Positions 1 through 9,667 of a stretch of 64,000 nucleotides of DNA are shown here, one piece after another. The position numbers were made by a program, and so were the translations under genes. The notes below the pieces were generated by a model. The model ran no database searches, was not told the origin of the DNA, and saw nothing but the letters and a program-made list of their open reading frames with translations. Origin of the DNA: Synergistales bacterium (GTDB lineage Bacteria > Synergistota > Synergistia > Synergistales > JAFGMB01); NCBI GenBank assembly GCA_963666205.1, contig OY762654.1:96001-160000 (forward strand). The letters run 5' to 3'. The number at the start of each line of letters is the position of its first letter. Position 1 is the first letter of the stretch.

Positions 1-150
1 GAAATGTCCGTGTTCGACCACTCCTGTATCTTTCTTGAGAATCAGAAGTCTGGAAGAATCTCTGGGCTCGGCAGGTTTCTGGGCTATCAGTTTTTCGGGT
101 AGAAAATAATTGTAAGTGTCCAACTTATATTTATCTTTCATAACGTTCAT
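1..150 (-). CDS. queA: S-adenosylmethionine:tRNA ribosyltransferase-isomerase QueA, 5' part (runs off window)
   Basis: Manual translation [38 protein letters not shown] matches the QueA N-terminus (LP..LIAQ.P...RD.SRLL); AGAGG RBS; follows spoIID as in the usual ruvB-spoIID-queA order. Not in the ORF track. Confidence 0.92.
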   Translation of the reverse strand, partial: MNVMKDKYKLDTYNYFLPEKLIAQKPAEPRDSSRLLILKKDTGVVEHGHF

Positions 151-171
151 TCTTACCTCTGTGAGTTAATC

Positions 172-1587
172 TTAATAGTATCGTTTTATAGTTGTTCCTG
201 GGTAGTAGTGGGATATTATCTGATTACTTTTCCATCCTTTTTCGGCCAGACTTTTAGCCCCCCACTGAGATAAACCTACTCCATGTCCCCAACCCTTTCC
301 CTTCAGAATAAAATCCGACCCTGAAGAGTAAGCCGATTTTTGCTTTTTCTTTATTTTAGAAGGCTCTCTGCTTAAAGCTTTTACAAGGTAAGACTTTCTC
401 TTTTCTGGATGAAGAAGCATGTCAATCATCTGTTCAGCATTAAAAAAACCCTGTTTAGTGAGAACAGTCATTAACTTTTCTTCTTCAATGCTTAGTTCTG
501 GCGATTCTTCATCAACAAAGGACAATCTTGGGGCTGGGGATTGCTGGTTAAGAAGTGTTTTTTGTTTACTTTCTTGGGACATCGCTCTATAACTCCCAGA
601 TGATATGTTGAACATGGTGCTTTTAATTGTTTTGGAACCTACAGCCATTCTGAAAGCATGAGAAGAAAGAACCTTTGCTCCCTCTGTTCCAGTAATCTTT
701 ATCATATCAGCTCTTCCGAAAGGGTTGAGTTGAGTTACTTCCAGATTTGTCACATCACCGATATTTACGCCTATACTATTAAGGGCTTTTTTAATATCAG
801 AGGATTTCAGAGAAGTGGTCCATGATGAATATGGTGATACATAGTCAAAGGGTTCTCTTGTTGCTTTTAAATAGGGAATCTGTCCACCCCAGACTGTTCT
901 TACATCCGCTGTTGCTCCACCGCTATCTGAATGGAAGGGAGTCAAAGCTATTTTCCCATTAAAGGTTACCACAAGTCCCCTGGTTTCTTTGACAGCTCTG
1001 TCGAGAAGGGGATCTTCTGCATTAACACCCCGATAGACCTGGCAATGAGGCAGATTACAAAGATCATATCCATCTTTAGAGTGTCTGCCCATGTGTCTGA
1101 AAGCGTAGGTTCTGGAAATAATAGCTTGTGTTTTGAGAGCTTCAAAGGGCCAACTGGGATTGACTTCCATTTTCAGAACGCCCCTTAAATAATCTTCTAC
1201 CTCAAGAACGTTTATCAGGTTCAATCCATGGTTTCCCTGAATGACCTTTAAGCTTCCTCTGTATTTTGTGTTGTTGAAAACCAGAAATCCCTTCCCTGAT
1301 ATAGAAAGAGGAAGATGGAAGATGTCATTCTTTATATTCACTATTCCTGGCCTACCCTTACTAGTAAGGACAAGGTTACTCTTGACCGTTATTTGTTTCC
1401 CCTTAGAATCCTGAAGGATATAAGATGAAGTAGATGAAATATTCAATGACATCTTGTCAGATACAAGTCCGATCTGGATATGTTTACTGGAAGCTTCCGA
1501 TATTGAAGTAAAGAAAATCAATATAGAAACAAAAAAAATAGCCAGTACAGGGATTTCATAAGGTCTAGATCTGGTCATCAGTACCAC
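172..1587 (-). CDS. SpoIID/LytB-domain peptidoglycan lytic transglycosylase
   Basis: N-terminal signal/TM; motifs YRGSL, EDYLRGVLKME, EALKTQAIISRTYA, DLC..PHCQVY, FHS.SGG.T, G.GWGHGVGLSQWGA, I..HYYPG. Confidence 0.9.
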   Translation of the reverse strand: MVLMTRSRPYEIPVLAIFFVSILIFFTSISEASSKHIQIGLVSDKMSLNISSTSSYILQDSKGKQITVKSNLVLTSKGRPGIVNIKNDIFHLPLSISGKGFLVFNNTKYRGSLKVIQGNHGLNLINVLEVEDYLRGVLKMEVNPSWPFEALKTQAIISRTYAFRHMGRHSKDGYDLCNLPHCQVYRGVNAEDPLLDRAVKETRGLVVTFNGKIALTPFHSDSGGATADVRTVWGGQIPYLKATREPFDYVSPYSSWTTSLKSSDIKKALNSIGVNIGDVTNLEVTQLNPFGRADMIKITGTEGAKVLSSHAFRMAVGSKTIKSTMFNISSGSYRAMSQESKQKTLLNQQSPAPRLSFVDEESPELSIEEEKLMTVLTKQGFFNAEQMIDMLLHPEKRKSYLVKALSREPSKIKKKQKSAYSSGSDFILKGKGWGHGVGLSQWGAKSLAEKGWKSNQIISHYYPGTTIKRYY

Positions 1588-1606
1588 GCTCCAGAGAATG
1601 TGATCA

Positions 1607-1843
1607 TTATCGGTTCCATCTGGAAAAAAGAGTCAATATAACCGTTATAATGACACTTACTATGATCATTGAGGTAAAGGGGGCAAAAATGTATATATCT
1701 TTTTTATGATATGAAAAATCACCCGGCAGATTCCCGAAAAGACTTAAGGGAAACCTGTCAGAAACAAGAAGTATTGATCCTGCCAATATAAGTAATATGC
1801 CTCCAAGTATGAGGAGCTTTCCAAAGTTATGCAAAACTTTCAC
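1607..1843 (-). CDS. DUF2905-family small membrane protein
   Basis: GKLLI..G..L...G...LGNLPGDF....F.P.TS.I..S pattern; typical position after ruvB. Confidence 0.8.
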   Translation of the reverse strand: MKVLHNFGKLLILGGILLILAGSILLVSDRFPLSLFGNLPGDFSYHKKDIYIFAPFTSMIIVSVIITVILTLFSRWNR

Positions 1844-1851
1844 CCATAAGG

Positions 1852-2904
1852 TTAAAGGATATCTTCATCTTGGAAACAGAATTGGAAATTGTTTTCGGAA
1901 GGACACGGTCTACCCAGGTACTGGTAGGCGTTCATGGTAGCCTTCCTTCCCCGCGGAGTTCTTTCCAGAAGTCCCTGTTGTATAAGGTAAGGTTCATAAA
2001 TATCTTCAATTGTCTGTTGTTCTTCATTCATAGCTGCAGCAATGGTAGACAGCCCTACCGGTCCACCTCCAAACAGGTCCACTATGACTTTAAGTATTTT
2101 TCTGTCTCCCTGATCAAGACCCAGTGCATCGAGCCCGAGCATATCCAATGCTGTTATGGAAAGAGGAGCATCGATTGTCCCGGCATTTCGGACTTCTGCT
2201 ACATCCCTCACACGGCGAAGCAATCTCAGGGCTACCCTAGGGGTTCCTCTGGACCTTTTTGCTATCTCCACTGCAGCTTCATCATTAATGTCTATTCCGA
2301 GTACTCTTGAACCTCTATGCACTATCTCAGTAAGGGTTTCTATTCCATAAAGGGCCAGTTGTTCAACTATTCCGAAACGTGCCCTTAGCGGTGAAGTCAG
2401 AAGTCCCAGTCTTGTGGTAGCTGCAACAAGAGTAAAGTTCGGAAGGGAGATACAGATATTATTGGCAAGGGGACCTTTCCCGACTATTATATGAAGAGAA
2501 TAGTCTTCCATGCCGGGATACAGTATTTCCTCTACGCTTGCTGGGAGACGGTGTATTTCATCAATGAACAGCACATCATTATCCTCAAGGTTGGAAAGAA
2601 TAGCTGCCAGATCACCAGGTCTTTCAAGGGCCGGGCCTGTAGTGACTCTAAGCTGTCCGCCCATTTCATGAGCAATAATACCTGCCAGTGTGGTTTTCCC
2701 GAGTCCTGGTGGTCCGTAGAACAAAGAATGATCAAGGGATTCCCCTCTTTGCCGGGCAGCCTGAATGTATATTTTCAACTTTTCCTTAAGATGATCCTGA
2801 CCAACAAATTCATCAAGGGTTTTGGGTCTTATAGAGAGATCTTCTTCTCCATTTAGAGGAGTAGAATTAAAAACCCTTTCTTCTTTTTCGAGCAACCTTT
2901 TCAC
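1852..2904 (-). CDS. ruvB: Holliday junction branch migration helicase RuvB
   Basis: [45 protein letters not shown]...RTPRGR. Confidence 0.98.
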   Translation of the reverse strand: MKRLLEKEERVFNSTPLNGEEDLSIRPKTLDEFVGQDHLKEKLKIYIQAARQRGESLDHSLFYGPPGLGKTTLAGIIAHEMGGQLRVTTGPALERPGDLAAILSNLEDNDVLFIDEIHRLPASVEEILYPGMEDYSLHIIVGKGPLANNICISLPNFTLVAATTRLGLLTSPLRARFGIVEQLALYGIETLTEIVHRGSRVLGIDINDEAAVEIAKRSRGTPRVALRLLRRVRDVAEVRNAGTIDAPLSITALDMLGLDALGLDQGDRKILKVIVDLFGGGPVGLSTIAAAMNEEQQTIEDIYEPYLIQQGLLERTPRGRKATMNAYQYLGRPCPSENNFQFCFQDEDIL

Positions 2905-3512
2905 CTCAGATTCCTGTTCAGTCCTTTCAGTGCAGCTTTCAACATCTGTCCTTCATTAATCCTGTCGAAATCATCTTTCATCTCTTCTTTTATCTTTTGC
3001 ATTACTGAAGCAATATCGTTAGTAGAAAAGCCAAGGGATCTAAGGGCAGAAATCACTGTGTCCGTAACGGCAGAACCAATCCCAGCAGTTAAAGGTGATG
3101 AAGGAAGAATAACATCATTAAAATGACGTTGAAGCTCGAAACATATTCTCTCTGCTGTTTTTTTACCAATGCCGGGAACGCTGATAAATGTATCCTGATC
3201 AGCATGTACTACAGCATTAACTATCTCTGAGGAAGACAACGAACGAAGTACAGTAAGAGCTAGTTTGCCCCCTACTCCCTTGATGGAAGTAAGTTTCAGG
3301 AAAATATCCCTTTCTTCTTCATTAGCAAATCCGAAGAGAGCAAGGCCATTTTCAGATACCTGGAGGTATGTTATCAAGCGTATTGTATTTGCTTCCTCGC
3401 TTAACCTCAAGGCCATAGATGAACAGCCTATTTCAAATCCAAAACCATGTACATCCATAACTATCGAATCTTTGTTTTTTACCAGAACGACTCCTTCGAG
3501 ACTTCTAATCAT
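2901..3512 (-). CDS. ruvA: Holliday junction binding protein RuvA (start adjusted to MIRSLEG)
   Basis: MI..LEG, LFGF....E...[23 protein letters not shown]; between ruvC and ruvB. Confidence 0.95.
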   Translation of the reverse strand: MIRSLEGVVLVKNKDSIVMDVHGFGFEIGCSSMALRLSEEANTIRLITYLQVSENGLALFGFANEEERDIFLKLTSIKGVGGKLALTVLRSLSSSEIVNAVVHADQDTFISVPGIGKKTAERICFELQRHFNDVILPSSPLTAGIGSAVTDTVISALRSLGFSTNDIASVMQKIKEEMKDDFDRINEGQMLKAALKGLNRNLR

Positions 3513-4029
3513 TGTTTTTGTACCCGGTCTTTCTTGAAAAAGAATCAAGAGCCAGGCCAGTAATAGCGATGGCTAAAGCATCCGCAGAGTCATCTGGCCT
3601 GGGGATTTCCCTTAGATTAAGTAAACGTTTAACCATTTTCTGTATTTGTGTTTTGTCTGCCGAACCATTTCCACAAACAGTCATCTTTATCTGATTGGGT
3701 TTTGGCTCGTAGTAACGAAGATTGTTTTGCGAAGCCAGAAGAAGAATAGTTCCTCTGGCTTGCCAGACATATCCGGCAGTAGTAGTATTTCTTCCAAAAA
3801 ACAATTGTTCAATGGACAAGAAATCCGGTTTCCATTGCTGTATTTTTTCATCGATAGACTGATATATAGTCTTAAGTCTTTTTGCGATATCACTTTTTGG
3901 TGGAGTTTCTATACATCCATATGACAAAGATTCATACGAATGTCCTCGTCGCAATACTACTCCATAGCCCAGTCTGCCAAGCCCAGGGTCTATTCCGAGA
4001 CAGATCACGTTGCTATGCTTCAAGTTCAT
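3505..4029 (-). CDS. ruvC: Crossover junction endodeoxyribonuclease RuvC
   Basis: LGIDPG...GYG, IEQLFF..N, G.GSADK.QI, PDD.ADALAIA. Confidence 0.97.
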   Translation of the reverse strand: MNLKHSNVICLGIDPGLGRLGYGVVLRRGHSYESLSYGCIETPPKSDIAKRLKTIYQSIDEKIQQWKPDFLSIEQLFFGRNTTTAGYVWQARGTILLLASQNNLRYYEPKPNQIKMTVCGNGSADKTQIQKMVKRLLNLREIPRPDDSADALAIAITGLALDSFSRKTGYKNND

Positions 4030-4765
4030 TGATCAGTTCATCTGGGATATCAAAGTTTGCGTATACGTTCTGGACATCATCCTGATCTTCTATGAGGTCC
4101 ATGAGTTTTAATATCTTATGGGCTTTATCCGTATTTGTTACTGGAACTGTTGTTTTAGGTATCATATCAGTATCAGCTTTCTCAAGGACATACCCTGCTT
4201 TTTCAAGGCTTTCTTTCACTGCAGAGAGGTTGGATGGATCTGAGTAGACAAGGAATCCCTCCTCACCTTTTTCTATATCCTCTGCACCTGCTTCTATTGC
4301 TTGCATCATAACTTCTTCTTCATCGAGGTCTTCTCCCAGTATCGTAATAACTCCTTTTCTTTCGAACATCCAGGCAACACATCCAGCTTCTCCCATGGAA
4401 CCTCCATTACGGCTCAGGATGGTTCTTAGTTCTGATGTGGTTCTGTTCTTGTTGTCGGTAAGAGTTTCAATAAGGATAGCAATTCCTCCTGAACCATATC
4501 CTTCATATATCAGTTCTTCATAGGATGCACCGGCTATTTCACCAGTTCCCCTTTTTATTCCTCTTGTAATGTTTTCCATGGGAACACTTGCAGCTCTTGC
4601 CCTTTCTATAGCTGTTTTTAACCTGGCATTCATAGCGGGATCTCCGCCACCCTCTTTTGCAGCAACTATAATGGCCCGAACAAGTTTTTGAAACAGATTA
4701 CCTCTTTTGGCATCCTGTGCAGCCTTCCTGTGTTTTATATTTGCCCATTTTGAATGTCCTGACAA
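4013..4765 (-). CDS. yebC: YebC/PmpR family protein
   Basis: MSGHSKWANIKHRK, YEGYG.GG, TDNKNRT, DDVQNVYAN. Confidence 0.97.
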   Translation of the reverse strand: MSGHSKWANIKHRKAAQDAKRGNLFQKLVRAIIVAAKEGGGDPAMNARLKTAIERARAASVPMENITRGIKRGTGEIAGASYEELIYEGYGSGGIAILIETLTDNKNRTTSELRTILSRNGGSMGEAGCVAWMFERKGVITILGEDLDEEEVMMQAIEAGAEDIEKGEEGFLVYSDPSNLSAVKESLEKAGYVLEKADTDMIPKTTVPVTNTDKAHKILKLMDLIEDQDDVQNVYANFDIPDELINELEA

Positions 4766-4800
4766 AGAAGATCACCTCTCCATTAAATATCTTGTATTTA

Positions 4801-5550
4801 TTATTCTATCGGGCACACAGGGGGCATTTCCCGTTTGTGTGCACTAATATACATTTTCTCTTCGATCTTTTTTTGCACTGATTCGGGAATTGGGCACAAT
4901 TTAAGAAAGTTGTCAATATCTCTGTATGTCAGTCCCATTTCTTTTTCATCTGTCTGACCTGGCCAGAGCCCTGCACTTGGTGCCTTGTATATGATCGATT
5001 CGGGAATATTTAGATATTTAGCAGTTTCAATCACTTGTTCCTTTCGCAGAGCACCTATAGGCAAAAGGTCTGATCCTGAATCCCCATGTTTGGTAAAATA
5101 ACCGACAGTAAGTTCAGCTTTGTTACTTGTGCCGCAGACCAGGTAATTCTTACTCTGCGCCAGAAGGTAAAGAGTCATCATCCTTAACCTGGGCTTAAGA
5201 TTAGCGGCAGCAAGTTTTGTCACGTTTATTTCAGAATTATTAAAATTTTTTAAAAACATATCGTAAGTATCAGAAAGATCTATGGTTATATTGGGTAGTT
5301 CGAATTGTTGTACGAGCATCATGGCATCCTGCAGATCCTGTTGCTGGCTATGGCATGGCATCATTACAGCCAGCATATTGTTTTCAACAGCTCTGTGCAG
5401 CAGAACAGATACTAATGCGGAGTCTATCCCTCCACTTAAACCGACTATACCACCTGATGCTTTTGCATTGGATATTTTGTTCTTAAGCCATGATTCAATT
5501 ATGTTAACAATTGAATCATGGGTGTGGGAGGTGTCTGCCAATATTGCCAT
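4801..5550 (-). CDS. nadE: NAD+ synthetase, single-domain (NH3-type)
   Basis: GLSGGIDSA, NLKPRLRM, GTSNKAE..GYFTKHGD, KAPSAGLWPGQTDEKEMG. Confidence 0.95.
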   Translation of the reverse strand: MAILADTSHTHDSIVNIIESWLKNKISNAKASGGIVGLSGGIDSALVSVLLHRAVENNMLAVMMPCHSQQQDLQDAMMLVQQFELPNITIDLSDTYDMFLKNFNNSEINVTKLAAANLKPRLRMMTLYLLAQSKNYLVCGTSNKAELTVGYFTKHGDSGSDLLPIGALRKEQVIETAKYLNIPESIIYKAPSAGLWPGQTDEKEMGLTYRDIDNFLKLCPIPESVQKKIEEKMYISAHKREMPPVCPIE

Positions 5551-5650
5551 CTCCTAACGTTGGGGTCAAAGAAATATCCTGGTTATTTTAACATATTCAT
5601 CCATATAATCCCTTTAAAGATGAGTAAACTATTTCTGAAATGGAAAAGTC

Positions 5651-6442
5651 TTAAAGGGTTGTGACAGAGTGATAAAGGGAATGATTCCTTCCATCAAAAA
5701 CAGGTAACATCCTTCTTGCCCTTGAAACTTCAGAGGTTTCAATATTGGTTTTAAGGATTTCGAAGCTATCCTTTCCTTCCTGCATTATCTCGCCAAATGG
5801 TGAGATAATCATTGATGTTCCTCCGTAGTTATATTTTCCAGAACGCCCACATTGGTTGACCCCAAGCACAAAGATTTCATTTTCTATCGCTCTTGCCTGA
5901 AGAAGAGTTCTCCAATGAGATATCCTGAGGGCGCCCCAGGCTGCAGGAACAAACAATATTTCAATGCCAGCCAGAGCCAGTGCTCTTATGTATTCAGGAA
6001 ACCTTATGTCATAACAAAGGACACACGAACATCTCACTTCCCCAATATTGAAAAACAGTGGGGCAGTACCAGGTGAGAACTGTCTGTCAAGTTCAGGGAA
6101 AAGATGGCATTTATCATATTTACCTACTATTATGCCAGAATCATCAATGATAAAACTCCGATTATACATTTTCCCTTTTTCATATACGGGCATAGATCCT
6201 CCAATGATCCAGGAGACTTTATTTTTTGCTACTCCTGCCAGAAATTCAAGGGCTTTAGAGGAAGATTCTGAATGGGTCATAAGATTTTCATTATCATATG
6301 AACATGTCCATAATTCGGGCAGAACAATGATGCTGAATGGTTTAACCTGATCATCTAGGATCCTTTTCAGGCTTTCTATGTTAGCAGAAGGGTTTCCAAA
6401 TTTAACAGCAGTCTGGATCATACTTATATTCAGATTTGTCAT
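5651..6442 (-). CDS. Carbon-nitrogen hydrolase (nitrilase superfamily, amidase-like)
   Basis: Glu-Lys-Cys triad motifs LPELW, YDKCHLF, LCYDIRFPE; ARAIEN. Confidence 0.9.
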   Translation of the reverse strand: MTNLNISMIQTAVKFGNPSANIESLKRILDDQVKPFSIIVLPELWTCSYDNENLMTHSESSSKALEFLAGVAKNKVSWIIGGSMPVYEKGKMYNRSFIIDDSGIIVGKYDKCHLFPELDRQFSPGTAPLFFNIGEVRCSCVLCYDIRFPEYIRALALAGIEILFVPAAWGALRISHWRTLLQARAIENEIFVLGVNQCGRSGKYNYGGTSMIISPFGEIMQEGKDSFEILKTNIETSEVSRARRMLPVFDGRNHSLYHSVTTL

Positions 6443-6537
6443 TGAAGGACCACCTTGATATTAGTTGTAAGTTTCCAACATGATTATATAGTATAGTTGA
6501 CCTGGATATAAAAGAAATGATCGGAGGTGTTTTCTTT

Positions 6538-6945
6538 TTGGAAAAACTGGTTCGATTTGGAGTTGCTGTACCTGAAAATCTCCTGGTTGAGTTCGATAAA
6601 TGGATCAAGAATAAGGGAATCCCCAATCGGTCCGAAGCTATTCGCCAGCTTATAAGGGAGTTTGTTGCAGAAGAACATTGGGATTGTGAAACAGGCACAG
6701 TATATGGAGCTATCACAATAACCTATGACCATCATGCCCATGATGCCATGGGGGGGCTGACAACTTTACAGCATGACTTTGGGGACATAATCAACTGCAG
6801 TACCCATGTTCACATTGATCATGACCACTGTCTTGAAGTGATAGTAGTAAACGGGAATGCAAAAAACATAAAGAAACTGGTCGACTCATTGTCATGCATG
6901 AGATGTGTGGAAACTGTTTCTCACAGGATAACTACGATCCTCTAG
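6538..6945 (+). CDS. nikR: Nickel-responsive transcriptional regulator NikR (TTG start after GGAGGT; ORF track starts at 6517)
   Basis: RHH domain RFGV.....L...FD....GIPNRSEAIR.LIRE; YDHH, LQH and THVHIDHDHCLE nickel-ligand motifs. Confidence 0.93.
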   Translation: MEKLVRFGVAVPENLLVEFDKWIKNKGIPNRSEAIRQLIREFVAEEHWDCETGTVYGAITITYDHHAHDAMGGLTTLQHDFGDIINCSTHVHIDHDHCLEVIVVNGNAKNIKKLVDSLSCMRCVETVSHRITTIL

Positions 6946-6955
6946 GAAGTGATAT

Positions 6956-6984
6956 AAAATAAGGGCAGCACACGGCTGCCCTTA
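6956..6984 (-). terminator. GC-rich hairpin with U-run on the minus strand; terminator for the Zn-ribbon gene, possibly also a SECIS element
   Basis: Minus strand TAAGGGCAGC-CGTGT-GCTGCCCTTA-TTTT. Confidence 0.75.
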
Positions 6985-6986
6985 AA

Positions 6987-7151
6987 CTAAATTCCTCATG
7001 AAGAACATGTATTCCTTTTCATTGATTCTCCTTCAAGGAGGAAGAGAATCTTGTTTTTGCATTCTGGACATTTCAAGTCCTTATCTTTCGAGGAAAGCTC
7101 AAATTCATGACCACATTCTGCACATCTGAAACGGCGAGTCTCTTCTGGCAT
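6987..7151 (-). CDS. Small zinc-ribbon protein (FmdB-like); 51 aa if TGA at 6996-6998 is stop, 54 aa if read as Sec
   Basis: MPEETRRFRCAECGHEFELSSKDKDLKCPECKNKILFLLEGESMKRNTCSS[TGA]GI[TAG]; two CxxC knuckles; strong RBS GAAAGGAG; below the ORF-track size cutoff. Confidence 0.85.
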
Positions 7152-7383
7152 CTAAACATCTCCTTTCGTCAAGCGAGAAAGTTGTCACTATTAATTATAG
7201 ATCACTATTTAATAAGTTACCAGATAGGTATTTCATAAAATAAAATGATTTGTTCAAAATGTTACCCTGACTCTAAAGTTTGTTAAAAAACATCCCAACC
7301 ATTCGTTAAAGGATAAAGCTTACGATGTCAAAGTAAGGGAAAACATATTCCTTCTTGAGAGTCTGACGGTCGTAAGACAATGG

Positions 7384-8613
7384 TTATAGTTCCAGCCTGG
7401 ACAGTGGCATAGTCATACACCTAGGGCCTCCCCTTCCCCTGCCCAGTTCTGATCCTCTGATCTCAAATACATTCACTCCTGCATCCCTGAGAGACCGGTT
7501 GGTTACAACATTCCTGCTATAGGTAATGACTTGCCGGGGAGCAACTGCAAATACGTTTGCTCCATCGTTCCATTGATCTCTTGCAGCTTGTACCGGATCA
7601 CCCCCACCTGTTTCTATAAAATTAATTTTTTCGAGGCGAAGGTTCTTTAAAAGGCATCTCTGCAGATCTTTGTGTTGAAACAGTCCAGTCAGTTTGCCTT
7701 CAGGGTCGTAATCCAACTGCCATACTTCCAGTAAATCATAAATTCCTTGATAAATTGTAAAGGAATCATGGTCGATCATAGTAAATACGGTGTCAAGATG
7801 CATGGCAGACCTTGTTTTGGGAATATCCACGGCTATGATTCTCTGACATGCTCCGCACCTGCTCAATTTAGTTCCAAGAGCCTGTATAGCTGAAGAAGAG
7901 GTCCTTTGACTTATACCTATAGCTATAATATCCGGGGAAAGAATAAGAATGTCTCCTCCTTCGACAGATCCGCAGCGTTTGTCTTCTTCAGCATTGCCGA
8001 AGATAACTTCAAGATCTGAAAGTTCAGGATGATGCTGAAATATATATTTCCCATAAAGCGACTCTCTCATTCTTGCAGGGAAATTCATGTTGCTTATAAT
8101 AACCTTGTTTCCTACAACAACATATGGATCACGCTGGAAATATAAATTGGGAAGCGGTGAGATCACAAAATCATCATCATTCATAATACTGATAGAAAGA
8201 CTTTTAATGGTATTGGTGTATTTCAGTAATTCCCCCCTGGTAATCCCCGAAAACAGGATTTCTATTAATGAAGCTATATCAATCCGATGAAGGGTATCTT
8301 CCAATTCATTTCTGAGAGTGACTTCAAGCACCTCATTCTTTAGAACGTCCTGGATTAATGAGAATCGTACCTCTTCCATCTTCAGGATATCTCCCAGGAG
8401 ATTCTTCAGATATGTTACTTCTGTACCACAGTTTCTAAGAGTTTCTACAAATGAGTCGTGTTCCTTCTGTGCTTCTTCAACCCATAAAAGATCATCAAAA
8501 AGAAAGAGATCCTTGTTTGCAACTGTAAGTCTGTCCAGTTCTTTTCCAGGTCTATGGAGCATCACATTTTTCAAAGGTCCTATTTCTGAAGTAATACCAT
8601 GTTTCTTTTTCAA
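7384..8613 (-). CDS. arcA: Arginine deiminase
   Basis: [64 protein letters not shown]. Confidence 0.96.
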   Translation of the reverse strand: MKKKHGITSEIGPLKNVMLHRPGKELDRLTVANKDLFLFDDLLWVEEAQKEHDSFVETLRNCGTEVTYLKNLLGDILKMEEVRFSLIQDVLKNEVLEVTLRNELEDTLHRIDIASLIEILFSGITRGELLKYTNTIKSLSISIMNDDDFVISPLPNLYFQRDPYVVVGNKVIISNMNFPARMRESLYGKYIFQHHPELSDLEVIFGNAEEDKRCGSVEGGDILILSPDIIAIGISQRTSSSAIQALGTKLSRCGACQRIIAVDIPKTRSAMHLDTVFTMIDHDSFTIYQGIYDLLEVWQLDYDPEGKLTGLFQHKDLQRCLLKNLRLEKINFIETGGGDPVQAARDQWNDGANVFAVAPRQVITYSRNVVTNRSLRDAGVNVFEIRGSELGRGRGGPRCMTMPLSRLEL

Positions 8614-8650
8614 TTCATCTCAACCTCTCTTTATGTGATGAAAATAATCT

Positions 8651-8675
8651 TATATTGAGTGCTATGCTCAATATA
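8651..8675. promoter_or_regulatory. Perfect inverted repeat upstream of arcA, candidate operator
   Basis: TATATTGAG-N7-CTCAATATA, about 40 bp upstream of the arcA start. Confidence 0.45.
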
Positions 8676-8809
8676 TGGAAAAAATCAAATCCAGGTGTTT
8701 AGTGGAATAAAACTGGAGAATCTTTTTTTAAATCTATTTCCGCATATAATGGGATGTTGAAAAGCGCGAGTCATGGCTCTTCAGTATAAGAGACCATAAC
8801 TTGGAATTA

Positions 8810-9667
8810 TCATGCATTATACTCTTCGATAATCTCCTGAAGAAATACAGGAAGGGTAAAACAGTGTCTATGTATAGCTTCTGAATAATATTTCAAGCCG
8901 GCAGGTGGAGTTCTCTGTGGGATTTGAGGGTCAATGCCCTTGCCTCCTATCGTGTATGTCCACATGCCAGTGGGGTAAGTAGGCATAGCTCCCCAACAAA
9001 GGTAAACATCTTTAAATGTTTTTTTCATTTCCAGATATGCCTGTTTCATCAATCTGGGTTCTGCAAAAGGTGATTCAGTCTGAGCAACAAGAAGACCCAT
9101 TTTTTTCAATGACTTGAAAACATCGGAATAGAAGCTTGACTGGAAAAGACCTGCCGCAAAATCTACTGGGTCAGTACTGTCTACTATAATTATGTCAAAC
9201 TGATTTTCATGATTGGTTATAAATTCCATGGCATCCATGGGCAAAATCTCTGCTTTTGGATGATTAAGGCCGCAACTGACATCGGGAAAGAAATCTCTTG
9301 AAGCCTGGATAACTTCCTTATCGATATCCACAAGGGTAACCTTGTCCAGGATATCGTATTTGACAATTTCCCTTAAGATTCCACCATCTCCACCACCTAC
9401 AATCAGTACTCTCGAGGGTTCTGGGTGAGAACACATTGCAACGTGAGCCATCATTTCGTGGTAGCAGAACTCATCTTTTTCAGTTATCTGAATTGCACCA
9501 TCAAGCACCATTATCCTGCCATATTCTTCAGTGTCTGCCACCATTATGTGTTGATATTCTGTATCTTTGTTCAGAAGGATGTCCGAGATCCTCAGATCAA
9601 GTTTCATGTTTTCTGTCTGGCATTCAGTAAACCAGAGATCCGTGATTCTTCTTCCAATTACTTCCAT
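8810..9667 (-). CDS. speE: Polyamine aminopropyltransferase (spermidine synthase)
   Basis: LWFTE, LDGAIQ.TE.DEF.YHEM, VLIVGGGDGG..RE, IIVDSTDP, PTYP.G.W. Confidence 0.96.
   Translation of the reverse strand: MEVIGRRITDLWFTECQTENMKLDLRISDILLNKDTEYQHIMVADTEEYGRIMVLDGAIQITEKDEFCYHEMMAHVAMCSHPEPSRVLIVGGGDGGILREIVKYDILDKVTLVDIDKEVIQASRDFFPDVSCGLNHPKAEILPMDAMEFITNHENQFDIIIVDSTDPVDFAAGLFQSSFYSDVFKSLKKMGLLVAQTESPFAEPRLMKQAYLEMKKTFKDVYLCWGAMPTYPTGMWTYTIGGKGIDPQIPQRTPPAGLKYYSEAIHRHCFTLPVFLQEIIEEYNA

Noticed and set aside
172-1587. SpoIID as evidence of sporulation
   Set aside because: SpoIID/LytB homologues beside ruvB and queA occur in non-sporulating bacteria; no other sporulation genes here.
6402-6741. 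Two minus-strand ORFs (104 and 85 aa)
   Set aside because: Antisense to the well-supported nikR.
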